Shown here: piece by piece, positions 32,601 to 42,049 of the stretch
How the letters are laid out: each line of letters begins with the position of its first letter
Position numbering within the stretch: the stretch's first letter is position 1
NCBI GenBank assembly: GCA_048938105.1
Contig: JBHLMN010000022.1
Coordinates: 32,001 to 96,000, forward strand
Direction: 5' to 3'
Origin: Promethearchaeota archaeon
Lineage (GTDB): Archaea; Asgardarchaeota; Heimdallarchaeia; Hodarchaeales; Hodarchaeaceae
Length of the DNA: 64,000 nt
Translations under genes and position numbers: made by a program
Notes under the pieces: model-generated
Told to the model about the DNA's origin: nothing
The model's input: the letters and a program-made list of their open reading frames with translations, nothing else
The model's database searches: none

Positions 32601-33198
32601 ATTAGCATTAATATCACCTATTAGCACTTATCTGAGCGATCAAAAAAAAGAAAATTATCAACTGACGATAAGACTACTAAAAAGCTTATTAGAAGGATTT
32701 TTCTTGATGATGATACTTGTTATTATAGGAATTCTCCTATTAATTAGCCCAGCATTGATTTATCTTTTCATAACAACAATATTCAACCCAGAAGGTTTCT
32801 ATTACACAGATGACCTTTGGTTTTATACTGTATCTTTTTTAAACTTTGGAATAGAGTTAATTCTTTTTCAAAGAGTATGGGTTTTTCTGGTTCTTCGTGG
32901 TTTGAAATTGGAGCTTAATTTCAAAGAAACATTCGCGTTAACGCGGAATACAGCCTTTGAAGGCCAATTAGGATTCATTACATTACTTATTATTCACACA
33001 CTGATTCAGATTATTATAACCATGATTTTTCGTTATCCTATAGCTCGAAGTTCTTCCATTTCCTTTAGTCAACAATTATTCTTTCCGCCACTCCATCCCA
33101 TTTCATTTCTTGCACTAATGAGTTTTGAAATAGGATTTTTCGTAATATTAATAATTTATCAACATATCCAACTAAAAAAGCAGCTTATTGTCACATGA
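29647..33198 (+). CDS. Large FtsX/MacB-like ABC permease with extra C-terminal TM domain
   Basis: LAWRNVTRSRYRSFL, RQKELGILRATGA, REMGIMRSLGLS motifs. Confidence 0.88.
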   Translation: MRFLQLRMTFSLAWRNVTRSRYRSFLLILGILLTVALETGIAVSVDTLYDDFLLENRNNNYTDITVNPVTWQDSASLEVLAKEVRQISGVSKASPALFLSVNQFISQQVSQNVLVYGIDPKNHPDMAHLDLISGSRTLQSDTIIISEHLSTVSGFQVGDSVDLSSIRDDLNILRVTIGGIISDKSCIGNKIGFLFILVDFQTLLRVIPEGLRSHILIQEIDVSVKDLLRINGIAEKIEDKVGLNNYVFVEKDISEIKSAGIRAYQTAMNLVIIASFVVEFLFITNILAIAIKDRQKELGILRATGANSWQFIKFIGVEVLIYAIIGSTFGIFVGIGFSQILVDFMDNYYTSIEFQSISLHFSSIFATFLSGIIVALISGLYPIFLAQTLPVVQNIHSRMTTAKSHNIFTVTMWKYTIGSGVSLAITAFILQIFIGPSRFLDFSLLSAHFLTVVMIFSGTLLIEIGILAFLPRIAMRVLFWFDIITRTISIRNIAREFQKSLFTIMTAALALTFIIIVGTVSAAIIEEVPDYFQSQWGSIDAIVEARDDNLLPINSTQLLEKRGVIAKAAFIQETRTQIDSTNGYIYGVDPTQYSFFAEPILTSDYDLPSYLILNASTTNTINGLVSQILFQQLRSPLGSSVLVKIADNSTVNVTLAAVIKANIFLGSGEYLYISSGHFQDYFNSTMAKWFLCKQSGESASIEGAIKLALPEIKEITMINSIAELVEETLLFQSAIFQVLFIESFVLAAIAQFVCILMSTLRMEREMGIMRSLGLSKEKVFSIFMCESTALGITSLIVGFLDGFLGSILLIWYISQSIPITFYLPLERVAFWVGVSFLITIASTIVPSYRSSQKNVVATIYGRPMRKSYIEKIEEPIFFEEEELLPQRKRKEVLTVYDEPKEYQTSFQIGKSLLKANKQKIRNIFVVLLAVCLLNYILDSYLPHRGLIPFDLITSSFFSGGDFMFQYYSIRKRYLILLNPLLFFMGLALISPISTYLSDQKKENYQLTIRLLKSLLEGFFLMMILVIIGILLLISPALIYLFITTIFNPEGFYYTDDLWFYTVSFLNFGIELILFQRVWVFLVLRGLKLELNFKETFALTRNTAFEGQLGFITLLIIHTLIQIIITMIFRYPIARSSSISFSQQLFFPPLHPISFLALMSFEIGFFVILIIYQHIQLKKQLIVT

Positions 33199-33438
33199 AA
33201 TTAAGAAATGCTACAATTTCACGAAAATTGTTAAAGCAAAAGAAAAAGTCAAACAAACCCCCTAATTCTCCGTAATTGAGCTGTGCGCCAAAAATCACCG
33301 CGAAATTCGCATTGACTTCAATCACAATCCTCCAAACACCATAGTAGAGGAAGGAATCCTTCATATGAGTAGGCCAAATAATCAAGTAGAAAAGCTTTCA
33401 ACCTTAAAATTGTTAAAAATCATCATGCACATTGTCCA

Positions 33439-33462
33439 CTTTTGTACTCATGTTAATTCAGA
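33439..33462 (+). repeat. Array boundary site, copy 6 (degenerate)
   Basis: cttttgtactcatgttaattcaga vs cttatttactcatgaaaattcaga (37562); followed by a GTPase remnant as in copies 7 and 8. Confidence 0.65.
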
Positions 33463-33628
33463 TCTATAGATGAAAACTTGTTTTTGTAATACCTTAATCG
33501 CTAGATCATAAAAAATTGTATCGATAGTTTTTTTGTCGGTTAGGTTGGACTCATAATACGAAACTCCTAATTCTCTCGCTAAATTCTGGCCCTCTTCTGT
33601 TATTACAGTTCCTGATTCAATAATGAAC
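33463..33628 (-). pseudogene. Rab/Ras-like small GTPase C-terminal remnant
   Basis: VITEEGQNLARELGVSYYESNLTDKKTIDTIFYDLAIKVL resembles the alpha4-G5-alpha5 region of Rab/Ras GTPases; no P-loop present. Confidence 0.75.
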
Positions 33629-33706
33629 TTTTCAGGGGGACAATTTGGAGTAGAAATCATACCAATGGAATTCATTTATATTGTGGCATCACTTGGATGT
33701 CTGGCT

Positions 33707-33785
33707 CTATTAGCTTTCACCTATACTCTACGAGACAAATTTAAGACAAAAAGCTGAAAAAGAATTCAAAATGGGTGTATTCGGA
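33707..33785 (+). repeat. 79-bp repeat (partner 57317-57395); looks like the 3' end of a lost TM-anchored gene
   Basis: ctattagctttcac...atgggtgtattcgga shared; both copies lie beside GTPase remnants. Confidence 0.85.
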
Positions 33786-33843
33786 AAAAATTTTTTATAG
33801 TCTTCAGATTCTTTGATCGCTTCAATTATAGCTGAATTAATAT

Positions 33844-35349
33844 ATGGAAAAATTCAGAGAGAAACTAGGGAAATTAATGTGTCAAAAGAGAGTGATGAGG
33901 GGATTCTTAACCAGCCTTGTTATTATTTTGAGCCTACAAATTCCTTGGATGAAAGCTATTAAAAATGAAAGTGGAGATTCAATAGAAGGTCATATCACAA
34001 ATGAAGAGATAAATATTATCCAAATTCAACTAAACCAAACCTTTGGTGGGCTAGAAAGAGATTTTGGTTCTTCAGTTATTCAAACAGTTGATGGGGGGTT
34101 CCTCATTGCTGGTTCCACTGATTCGTATTCAAGTAAAGAGAATTTGGATATGTGGTTAGTGAAAACAAATACTAGCGGATATGTGGAATGGAATCAGACT
34201 TACGATCTTTCACTATACGATCTGGTTTCTGACCTCATCCAGACCATAGATCAGAATTTCCTCTTAATTGGATCCTGTTTTGACGGTTGTGCTCCTTGTC
34301 TTGATTGGGGATCAGCTTTAAAGTTATTCGCTAATGGAACAGTCGAATGGTGTCAGTTTTATCAATATGGCGAAAGGGGGGGCGCCTGGGTGGACTCAGA
34401 TGAACATTGCTTAGTTCATGCGGTAGTTCAGACGACAGATGGTGGGTTCCTCTTTGCAGGCGAAACAGTAGACTATTTAGTCGGTGACACTGGGCCTAAT
34501 AATATGGATATGTGGCTGGTGAAGACTGATGATAATGGATCTGTTGAATGGAATCAGATCTATGGGTCAAGGGATGATGGTGGTTACTCCGTAATTCAGA
34601 CGACTGATGAGGGGTTCCTCATTGCGGGTGTAACGATAGATTATCATTACGTGGTAGACAATGACTCTAGAGTTTTCATATATCCCCATAATGCTGATAT
34701 GTGGCTTGTGAAATTATACGCCAATGGCTCTGTGGAATGGGATCAAGCCTACGGGGGAACAGGAAGTGATTATGCCTTCAATGTTATTCAGACTGTTGAT
34801 GGCGGATTCCTCTTGGCTGGGGTAACAAATTATTGGTCTAATAATTCGGATATGTGGCTGGTGAAAACTGATGCCAATGGTTCTGAAGAATGGGATCAAA
34901 CTTATGGGGGATCGGGACATGATCATGCATCTTCAGTTCTTCAGACTGCTGATGGGGGATTCCTCATTGTTGGTGACACTGAATCTTATGGAGCTGGTGA
35001 GGAGGATATATGGCTTGTAAAGACTTATAGTAATGGAACAATCAAATGGAATCAAACCTTTGGTGGATCAGAAAGAGATCGTGGTAAATCAGTTATTCAG
35101 ACTGCTGATAGTGAATTTCTTGTTGTAGGTTCCACAGAATCCTTTGGAGCAGGTGATTCGGACATATGGCTTTTAAAACTCTCTGAATCAATCGAAACTA
35201 CCACTGAATTAATGAGCAAAACAAGTCCAACGAGTACTGTGCCCACAAATCCAAGTGAGTCGAAGGATTCATCAATTCTTGGATTTGAGATATTTTCACT
35301 TTTTGTAGGACTCTTACTCATTGTAATTATCCAAAAACAAAGAAAATAA
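33844..35349 (+). CDS. Secreted beta-propeller-type repeat protein with C-terminal anchor
   Basis: About 7 repeats of QT.DGGFLIAG...DMWLVKTD.NG..EW.Q.YGG; Ser/Thr linker; GFE-TM-basic tail. Confidence 0.88.
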   Translation: MEKFREKLGKLMCQKRVMRGFLTSLVIILSLQIPWMKAIKNESGDSIEGHITNEEINIIQIQLNQTFGGLERDFGSSVIQTVDGGFLIAGSTDSYSSKENLDMWLVKTNTSGYVEWNQTYDLSLYDLVSDLIQTIDQNFLLIGSCFDGCAPCLDWGSALKLFANGTVEWCQFYQYGERGGAWVDSDEHCLVHAVVQTTDGGFLFAGETVDYLVGDTGPNNMDMWLVKTDDNGSVEWNQIYGSRDDGGYSVIQTTDEGFLIAGVTIDYHYVVDNDSRVFIYPHNADMWLVKLYANGSVEWDQAYGGTGSDYAFNVIQTVDGGFLLAGVTNYWSNNSDMWLVKTDANGSEEWDQTYGGSGHDHASSVLQTADGGFLIVGDTESYGAGEEDIWLVKTYSNGTIKWNQTFGGSERDRGKSVIQTADSEFLVVGSTESFGAGDSDIWLLKLSESIETTTELMSKTSPTSTVPTNPSESKDSSILGFEIFSLFVGLLLIVIIQKQRK

Positions 35350-35427
35350 GTTCAGAATCCGTTAAAATAAAAAAAAATACATTCTAGTCAAAGATCAGTA
35401 GTAACTGCTTCATCAGTCAAGTTTTCG

Positions 35428-35554
35428 AGAGGATTTTTTCGAAGTGGAAAGAGGGGGTCGTTTTACTCATGGGAGGGGCTTCTCCAAGGAAGATTTTGAT
35501 ATGAGGACTCACTCCTCCTAAATTTTCCTCAGATGCTTATTGATTCATGAAAAT
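35428..35554 (+). repeat. ATPase 5' remnant plus boundary site, copy 7
   Basis: ttcgaagtggaaagagggg...gactcactcctccta...cctcagatgcttattgattcatgaaaat. Confidence 0.92.
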
Positions 35555-35825
35555 TCAGAATGAAATTCATATATCGCCTTTTTTTCGTAATACCTCAATA
35601 GCTAAATCATGAAAAATGGTTTCAATAGATTTTCTCTCAGTTAGGTTGGACTCATAATACGAAACTCCTAATTCATTCGCTAAATTCTGGCCCTCTTCTG
35701 TTGTTACAGTTTCCGATTCAGTGATAAACCCCAGGATCGCAATCGGAACTGAAGATTCAGGAATTTGATGAACTAAATTTCTTATTCAAATCTTTAACGG
35801 CTTTGAACGATGCCCTATCATCATA
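35555..35825 (-). pseudogene. Longest small-GTPase C-terminal remnant
   Basis: DDRASFKAVKD (frameshift) ...VPIAILGFITESETVTTEEGQNLANELGVSYYESNLTERKSIETIFHDLAIEVL. Confidence 0.78.
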
Positions 35826-35885
35826 GTATGGGGGGGAAAGCCTGATCTGAGGCTGTTTTCGATGGTTATGACTTGCGGTGTCAAG

Positions 35886-37145
35886 TTATTGATTCTTTCT
35901 TCTAATTAACAAAAATATACTAATGAAAATAACTACCATGAATGAAAATCCCGGAGTCTCATCTGTGGTGTAATCAGTTGTTATAGAATTTACTAGCGGA
36001 AAATGATCTACTCCATTCCCATCTCCAACGATTTCATAAGAAATATTCCAAATTTTTCCATCGTTTGTAGCACTTGTATAATTATTGGTATAATCATCTC
36101 CCCAGTAATTCCCTGTGGTTCCATTATCCCAGCGATTATCCATGCAATCATATTTTTCATAAGCCTGACATTTCGTATTTCCATAAATATCATTAAAATA
36201 AATTGTATTGTTGTTGCTCGAAAAAATCAGACCGATTCCAACCCAATAGTTATAACTTACATTATTCCCAGAAAGAATGTTGCTGCTTGAATTAGCCAGA
36301 TAGATTCCATTACCATTGTAAATTGTAGAATTCCCCGAAACTTTGTTGTTGTTTACAGAATTCCCCAAAAGTGTGTTGTTTTTTGAACAATCCAACCAGA
36401 TTCCAACCCAACCATTATACCTTACTTTATTCCCAGAAAGGAGGTTGTCACCCGAAGAATACAGGTAGATTCCATTTAAACATTCGTTTTCAGAATTCCC
36501 CAGAAGTGTTTTGTTGTTTATAGAATTCCCCAGAAGCGTATTCTTGTTCAAAAAAAATAGGCCGATTCCTGCAATATTTTTATATCCAGAATTCTCGGAA
36601 AGAATGTTGTTGCTTGAATTAACCAGAGCGATTCCATAAAAATTGTAAATTAAAGAATTCCCCGAAAGCGTGTTGTTGGTTGATTTCCACAGATAGATTC
36701 CAAAAGGATTATTGGGGAGTAGATTATTGCGGATAGTTACATGTGCAGTATTATTTAAGAGAATTCCAACTGGAGTAATTCTAGGAAAACTTCCATTTCC
36801 ATCCTTCGCCCCACCTTCGATTAAGCAATTCTGGATGATAAGATAGGCATCCGTGAATCGTATCTCGATCCCAAACGCTGTACTGGCATTAATGATAAAA
36901 TTTTCAATAATATAAGGAGAGGCAGGAGTACCCTCCCCACTAAGTCCTTCATCCTCGATAAAGGTTGCCAACGCGTCATTCCCCTCAATATAAATCGGTG
37001 CATGACTCCCCACAGATTTAGAATTCCCTTTAAAGCTAGAATTATTTTCAGGTCGCGCAGGAAGGTCTGCAGGCCAACTCGTCAATCCAAGTAATAGAAT
37101 TGTAAGAATGGATATCAACAAGAATTTAGAACGGTTCAAGTTCAT
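35886..37145 (-). CDS. NosD beta-helix surface protein with PGF-type anchor (paralog of 7792-8990)
   Basis: HAPIYIEGNDALATFIEDEGLSG; NosD repeats; TPGFSFMVVIFISIFLLIRRKNQ; ORF track starts 37199. Confidence 0.9.
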   Translation of the reverse strand: MNLNRSKFLLISILTILLLGLTSWPADLPARPENNSSFKGNSKSVGSHAPIYIEGNDALATFIEDEGLSGEGTPASPYIIENFIINASTAFGIEIRFTDAYLIIQNCLIEGGAKDGNGSFPRITPVGILLNNTAHVTIRNNLLPNNPFGIYLWKSTNNTLSGNSLIYNFYGIALVNSSNNILSENSGYKNIAGIGLFFLNKNTLLGNSINNKTLLGNSENECLNGIYLYSSGDNLLSGNKVRYNGWVGIWLDCSKNNTLLGNSVNNNKVSGNSTIYNGNGIYLANSSSNILSGNNVSYNYWVGIGLIFSSNNNTIYFNDIYGNTKCQAYEKYDCMDNRWDNGTTGNYWGDDYTNNYTSATNDGKIWNISYEIVGDGNGVDHFPLVNSITTDYTTDETPGFSFMVVIFISIFLLIRRKNQ

Positions 37146-37342
37146 TTCCCCTTCCATAGTACAGCTAAGATCATAACGAAATTCTAGTAAGCTAGACATC
37201 TTCTATATATATATTTAGCTAGAGTTCGAGTTAATCATTTACATAGTTTCATAATCTGCAGAAACAATTCTGGGTAAATGAACATCAGAAGGGAGGAGAA
37301 CATAGAGTTAGGAACCGAAAAATATCTATTTGGGGTCATCAG

Positions 37343-37560
37343 TGGTAAGAATTTCTTGAATGGGATTAAAAAACATCTCTTGATAAGAAGCTCGTAATTG
37401 ACTCTGAAACGGACGGTGGGACAACTCCTAGAGGGAAATCTGCCCATTGATCGAAACGATACAACGGCGTTCGTCGCGTTTGGCTTTCAAGAGCTGACGT
37501 AATTGCTCATATTCATTCCGAGGGAAGCCCAAGAGGTTTGCAATGTCAAAGGGATTGAAT
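37343..37560 (-). pseudogene. ATPase 3'-end remnant fused directly to the boundary site
   Basis: Aligns to ~49287-49552 (tgacgtaattgctcatattcat exact); joined at gaat|gcttat, so ~1.95 kb of the gene is missing. Confidence 0.88.
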
Positions 37561-37580
37561 GCTTATTTACTCATGAAAAT
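37559..37580 (+). repeat. Array boundary site, copy 8
   Basis: atgcttatttactcatgaaaat, exact core. Confidence 0.92.
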
Positions 37581-37683
37581 TCAGAATAAAATTCATATGT
37601 CGCCTTTTTTTCATAAAACCTCAATAGCTAAATCCTGAAAAATGATTTCGATAGTTTTTCTGTCAGTCAATTTGGACTCAAAA
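37581..37683 (-). pseudogene. Small-GTPase 3' remnant
   Basis: Colinear with 35555-35657. Confidence 0.78.
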
Positions 37684-37817
37684 AAAGGAAATTAACAAGG
37701 AAATTTCTTTTTCTCAGATAACCTTTTTAGATGATCAAGCAACATGAATAGAAGTAAGATTTATTCAATGGGTTGGACATGGGAAATGAAATTATTCATA
37801 CTGGAGCAGTTTAGATA

Positions 37818-39506
37818 ATGGAAATTGGGACTTATCAAGGAAAAAAATTAGTGCAAAGTGAAATCAATGTACTAAAAGAAATTGAGAAGAGTATAGGGAC
37901 ACCCGTTCCTTATTTTAAGCATCAGGTTATTAATCTAGGGTTTAGTACTGAAGGAAATCATATTAAACAGCTTATTCTAAATTATATAGAATTAGAATCT
38001 TTACCAAAGAATATTGGAAACTTAATTCATCTTATTGAATTACACTTGAAGGGTAATAATCTCAAAAAACTTCCAGAAACTTTCGGTCAATTAAGACAAC
38101 TGAAGTATCTTGTTTTGTCTAAAAACAATTTGGAAGTTCTTCCCGATAGTTTTAATCTTTTAACGAATTTAGAAGATGTAAGGTTGCGAGAAAACAATCT
38201 AAAAAAGCTTCCTGAAGAATTGAGTGGTTTAGAGAATCTAGAAGTCTTAGATCTAGGTCAAAATAACCTTACTTCTCTTCCAGAATCGTTGTGTACCTTA
38301 CCAAAATTAGGGAGTCTTACACTGGATAATAACTCTTTGGCATCATTACCAGACAATTTGTATCAATTAGAAAATTTAACTTATCTGGATGTCAATTCTA
38401 ATACTTTGAAAGAACTTCCTGACTCTTTTGGAAAATTAACAAACCTAAATGTCTTTAAGGCTAATGATAACAAATTAAGGAAACTCCCTTATAATTTTGG
38501 GAAGTGCATTAAGTTACAACAAATACAACTAGCAAGAAATGATCTTAAATCATTACCAGACTCCCTAATTGATATCGAGAAGTTGACAAGGTTGCGATTG
38601 TCCTATAATCAAATTGAAAAGCTATCTTATGAACTTTGGGAAACTTTCAGTCAGATTAGTATTTTCTCTATCTCTGAGAATCCCTTAAATTTTGCTGACT
38701 TCAGACGAATAAGATGGAAAGTAGACTCCACTAATCAGAAGTTTATACAGTTCTTAATAGGCATAGGAACATCAGTCTTTACAGAAGTTCCTATCCATGA
38801 ATTGGAGGAGATAATCGAACCTGATGATAAAATTTCCCGTTTAGCACATAAGTCTGCTCATCAAAACTATCTTAATTTAGGAACCTCACTCACTCGTGCA
38901 TTTTATGCGACGATGATTGGATCTGGTTTACTTCGCTATTATGATACATCTCTCTCCGAGGCGTTAAACTTACCAATATATTTCTTAATTCTAATTCCAT
39001 TATTACTCGGGTTTAGCTTGACACTTCGTCTCTCAGTTCAGAAGGAAAATGAAATTAGTGATCTACGCCAACAGTTTGTTCACAAATCGTTAGGTCATCC
39101 TGCGTATAATTTAGATATTTTTGAAGAACTCCTTAAAGAAAAATATTTTAGTCTGGAATCAGAGTTAAAATCCTCTCGATATAATGCGGAGATAGGATTT
39201 TTCTCCAATCTAATTATCTCCTGCATTACAACTGTCATTTTCACCGTCTTGGCGGTAGCAGGGACAAATTATATCAATGTAATCGTTTTATTATTTAGTC
39301 CAAGTATGTGGCCCCCATCTTTTATACCAATAATCATCGTTCTTATCTGTTTGACACTTATTTCTATGCCTATTCTTTGGTACTTATTCTCGAAATCATT
39401 ACCAAGTCTAAACTTTGAATTAAGGTCCCTCCTCATAAAATATATAGAAGACTATGATATAGAGAGAGAAAAACATGAAAGAGAAGAATCTAGAATGAAA
39501 TATTAG
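37818..39506 (+). CDS. Leucine-rich repeat protein with C-terminal multi-TM domain
   Basis: About 10 LxxLxLxxNxLxxLP repeats followed by about 4 hydrophobic helices. Confidence 0.9.
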   Translation: MEIGTYQGKKLVQSEINVLKEIEKSIGTPVPYFKHQVINLGFSTEGNHIKQLILNYIELESLPKNIGNLIHLIELHLKGNNLKKLPETFGQLRQLKYLVLSKNNLEVLPDSFNLLTNLEDVRLRENNLKKLPEELSGLENLEVLDLGQNNLTSLPESLCTLPKLGSLTLDNNSLASLPDNLYQLENLTYLDVNSNTLKELPDSFGKLTNLNVFKANDNKLRKLPYNFGKCIKLQQIQLARNDLKSLPDSLIDIEKLTRLRLSYNQIEKLSYELWETFSQISIFSISENPLNFADFRRIRWKVDSTNQKFIQFLIGIGTSVFTEVPIHELEEIIEPDDKISRLAHKSAHQNYLNLGTSLTRAFYATMIGSGLLRYYDTSLSEALNLPIYFLILIPLLLGFSLTLRLSVQKENEISDLRQQFVHKSLGHPAYNLDIFEELLKEKYFSLESELKSSRYNAEIGFFSNLIISCITTVIFTVLAVAGTNYINVIVLLFSPSMWPPSFIPIIIVLICLTLISMPILWYLFSKSLPSLNFELRSLLIKYIEDYDIEREKHEREESRMKY

Positions 39507-39738
39507 AGAAATGTGAGAAAAGTTGTGTTACAAGATGCAACAGATGAGAGCTTAGACCATGACCATCTTCTTTTAAAATTATGATCATTAAAAAGAGTAA
39601 ATAGGGTTAACCTTGAACTCCTCTGAAAAATTCGATAAGATAAGACAGCTTCTGAATGGAGATCCTCTTCAGAGGCTTAAAAAGCTTCAATGCCTTAAAC
39701 TCATTCTTTCAATGTAAAATTTCCTAAGTGGTAGAAGA

Positions 39739-40578
39739 TTACTCTTTGTAAGAATCCTCAATAGAATGAAATTCATTCGTAGTGAAAATCGCTTGATTGG
39801 AGTAAATATATTTGATAATTATAACAGCCATCACAAGAGAAAATACTAATTGCATGACAGGATCAACCAGTGCTTCAGGGAACGTAATGGCTATCAAAAA
39901 TGTCCCAAAAATATTGAGAACATAAAGTATCATTACCGCCCACCCTGCCCATGGTTTTAAACGCCGTAAGCCATATACTACTCCAATTTGAAATACACCA
40001 ATGAAAAGTACCCAAAAAGGGAGCCAAGGAATGTTACTTAAATATGGATCAGATAAAGCACTGATGCCAGTAACTATATTTAGAATCCCACCCACAACAA
40101 GAAGCCCCATTATGATGTTTATTCCTAATGGTCTACGAGGAAGTGAAGGAAATGGATATCCACATTGTGGACAAAAGTAAGTGCCTGATATCCTTACAGA
40201 CCCACAATTTCCACAATAATGTTCCCCCAATCTACCAGAAGAAGGGGGGATCTTTGGTTTAAGACTTACTATTTTTTCAGGAGTGTATTCAAATTGACTC
40301 AATTGGTCTAGAGAAGGAAAAGGGAAGAGTTGGTCTTGAGGAATTTTGACTTCTGACATAAAAAACGTATAAAGACTTTTCAATTGGTTGTAAAACGCTT
40401 CTGGGGAAATAGTTTTTTGCAGAAAGCGCATTTTCACTTTATCATACCAAGTTCTCCATTTATCCCAGGGTTCCTGATCTACTTTAAGTTTGACTAACTG
40501 ATCATTAAATAAATCATCAAACTGTTTGACAATTTCCTCAAACGAGGTAATCTCAGTTTTTAATTCATCTTCTGTCAG
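39739..40578 (-). CDS. Zinc-ribbon plus four-TM membrane protein (probable CTG start)
   Basis: CGNCG...CPQCG; 4 TM helices; frame open 47 codons upstream of the ORF-track start 40437, with GAGGGA before the CTG. Confidence 0.75.
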   Translation of the reverse strand: MTEDELKTEITSFEEIVKQFDDLFNDQLVKLKVDQEPWDKWRTWYDKVKMRFLQKTISPEAFYNQLKSLYTFFMSEVKIPQDQLFPFPSLDQLSQFEYTPEKIVSLKPKIPPSSGRLGEHYCGNCGSVRISGTYFCPQCGYPFPSLPRRPLGINIIMGLLVVGGILNIVTGISALSDPYLSNIPWLPFWVLFIGVFQIGVVYGLRRLKPWAGWAVMILYVLNIFGTFLIAITFPEALVDPVMQLVFSLVMAVIIIKYIYSNQAIFTTNEFHSIEDSYKE

Positions 40579-40714
40579 TACAATCCCTCGTTTTACTTTG
40601 AAAAAGCTCTGAGTATCACCTTATCTATTACAGTAAAGTCCCGTTAATAACCTCGACAGTCTCATAATGAAACCTCCAACCAGTTTTTCTGCAATAAGTT
40701 GACCTTTGGGGTAC

Positions 40715-41461
40715 TCAATCAGATATTTTTCGTTTATCCTTGACATAAATTGATTTACCGGGACTACCTTTAACACTACGTTCATCAATTTCAAAGAGCT
40801 CAATAGCTTTAAACAATTCGTTGAGCTTTTTATAACCATAATTACGCGGATCGAATTCAGGACTTTGATTCATCAAATTTGTACCAACTACAGCCAAATT
40901 TGCCCAACCGCTTTCATCTGTAGAAGATTCTACAGCATTTCTTAATAAGGTGACAAGCTTTGTGTCTCCTTTAAGTTGTTTAGTAGTCTTTTTGGAAGGT
41001 GGTTGGCCAGACTCATCTTTACGTAAGATCTCAGTGAAAATAAATTTGTCACAAGCTCCAACAAAGGGTTTAGGGGTCTTTTTCTCACCAAATCCATATA
41101 CAATAAGGCCCGACTCACGAATTCTTGACGCTAATCGTGTGAAATCACTATCACTGGAGATAATACAAAAGCCATCAAGAGTCTCAGTATACAACAAATC
41201 CATGGCATCAATTATCATGGCACTATCCGTAGCATTTTTACCAACAGTGTATCCAAACTGCTGTATGGGTTGGATAGCATATTCCAACAAGACCTCCTTC
41301 CACCCCTTTAGGTCTGGAGTTGTCCAATCCCCATAAATCCTCTTAACTGTAGCAGTTCCATATTTAGTAATTTCTGCTAACAGATCATCAATGATACTTG
41401 GTTGGGCGTTTTCTGCATCAATAAGAACTGCTAATTTCCTTAAGTTTTGATCTTCACTCAT
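40715..41461 (-). CDS. NYN (LabA/DUF88, PIN-fold) protein with C-terminal OST-HTH/LOTUS domain
   Basis: LAVLIDAENA, KRIYGDW, GKNATDSAMIIDAMD, ISSDSDF, FDPRNYGYKKLNEL. Confidence 0.92.
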   Translation of the reverse strand: MSEDQNLRKLAVLIDAENAQPSIIDDLLAEITKYGTATVKRIYGDWTTPDLKGWKEVLLEYAIQPIQQFGYTVGKNATDSAMIIDAMDLLYTETLDGFCIISSDSDFTRLASRIRESGLIVYGFGEKKTPKPFVGACDKFIFTEILRKDESGQPPSKKTTKQLKGDTKLVTLLRNAVESSTDESGWANLAVVGTNLMNQSPEFDPRNYGYKKLNELFKAIELFEIDERSVKGSPGKSIYVKDKRKISD

Positions 41462-41499
41462 AAAAAAAACCTTCTCACTGTTCATTAAGCAAGGAATAA

Positions 41500-41631
41500 T
41501 CACTTTCTTTTCTTCGCTGCAGCTCTCATAGCTCGAGCTTTAAAGCCCTGATTTTTACCTGAACGATCAGCAGCAATTTGAATTCTACGAGCAGATGCTT
41601 TGGTCATGGAAGTTTTGCGTTTAGTACCCAT
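41500..41631 (-). CDS. 43-aa basic small protein, SMP/LEA-like
   Basis: MTKASARRIQIAADRSGKNQGFKARAMRAAAK; GTGAGG Shine-Dalgarno upstream of the ATG at 41631. Confidence 0.65.
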   Translation of the reverse strand: MGTKRKTSMTKASARRIQIAADRSGKNQGFKARAMRAAAKKRK

Positions 41632-41995
41632 ACTAATTGTAACCTCACTTATTTCTGCAATAAAGGGATGACCGTGCACGAGTGCGTTATCCCACCCACT
41701 ACGCGCGCGATAGAAGCACACAGCCGAACTGCGCCACTCCTTCTATCTCAGATCTCTCTTCGATCCCTGACCATAATTACGTGTTATTTAAGGTTTCTCA
41801 TGAGATTATTCTTCTAAGAGAGAAGATTTAGTCATCAAATATATCCAAACGAGGATATAACTGGAAAAAGATATGTTTTTTACTTATCATTAGGAAGAAT
41901 TTCTTCAATGGGATAAAAAAATCAACAAGTAAAGAGACAATCAAAAGCAGAAATGATCTTAGTTTTTAGTGAAATAAATTTTAGCGCCTTTATTT

Positions 41996-42009
41996 AAAAC
42001 TTTATAATA
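41996..42009 (+). promoter_or_regulatory. Putative BRE/TATA box for RDD gene
   Basis: aaaactttataata about 40 bp before the ATG, with GGAG in between. Confidence 0.35.
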
Positions 42010-42049
42010 CTCTAATGACTCAATATCTACTATAGCAGGAGCGGATCAA

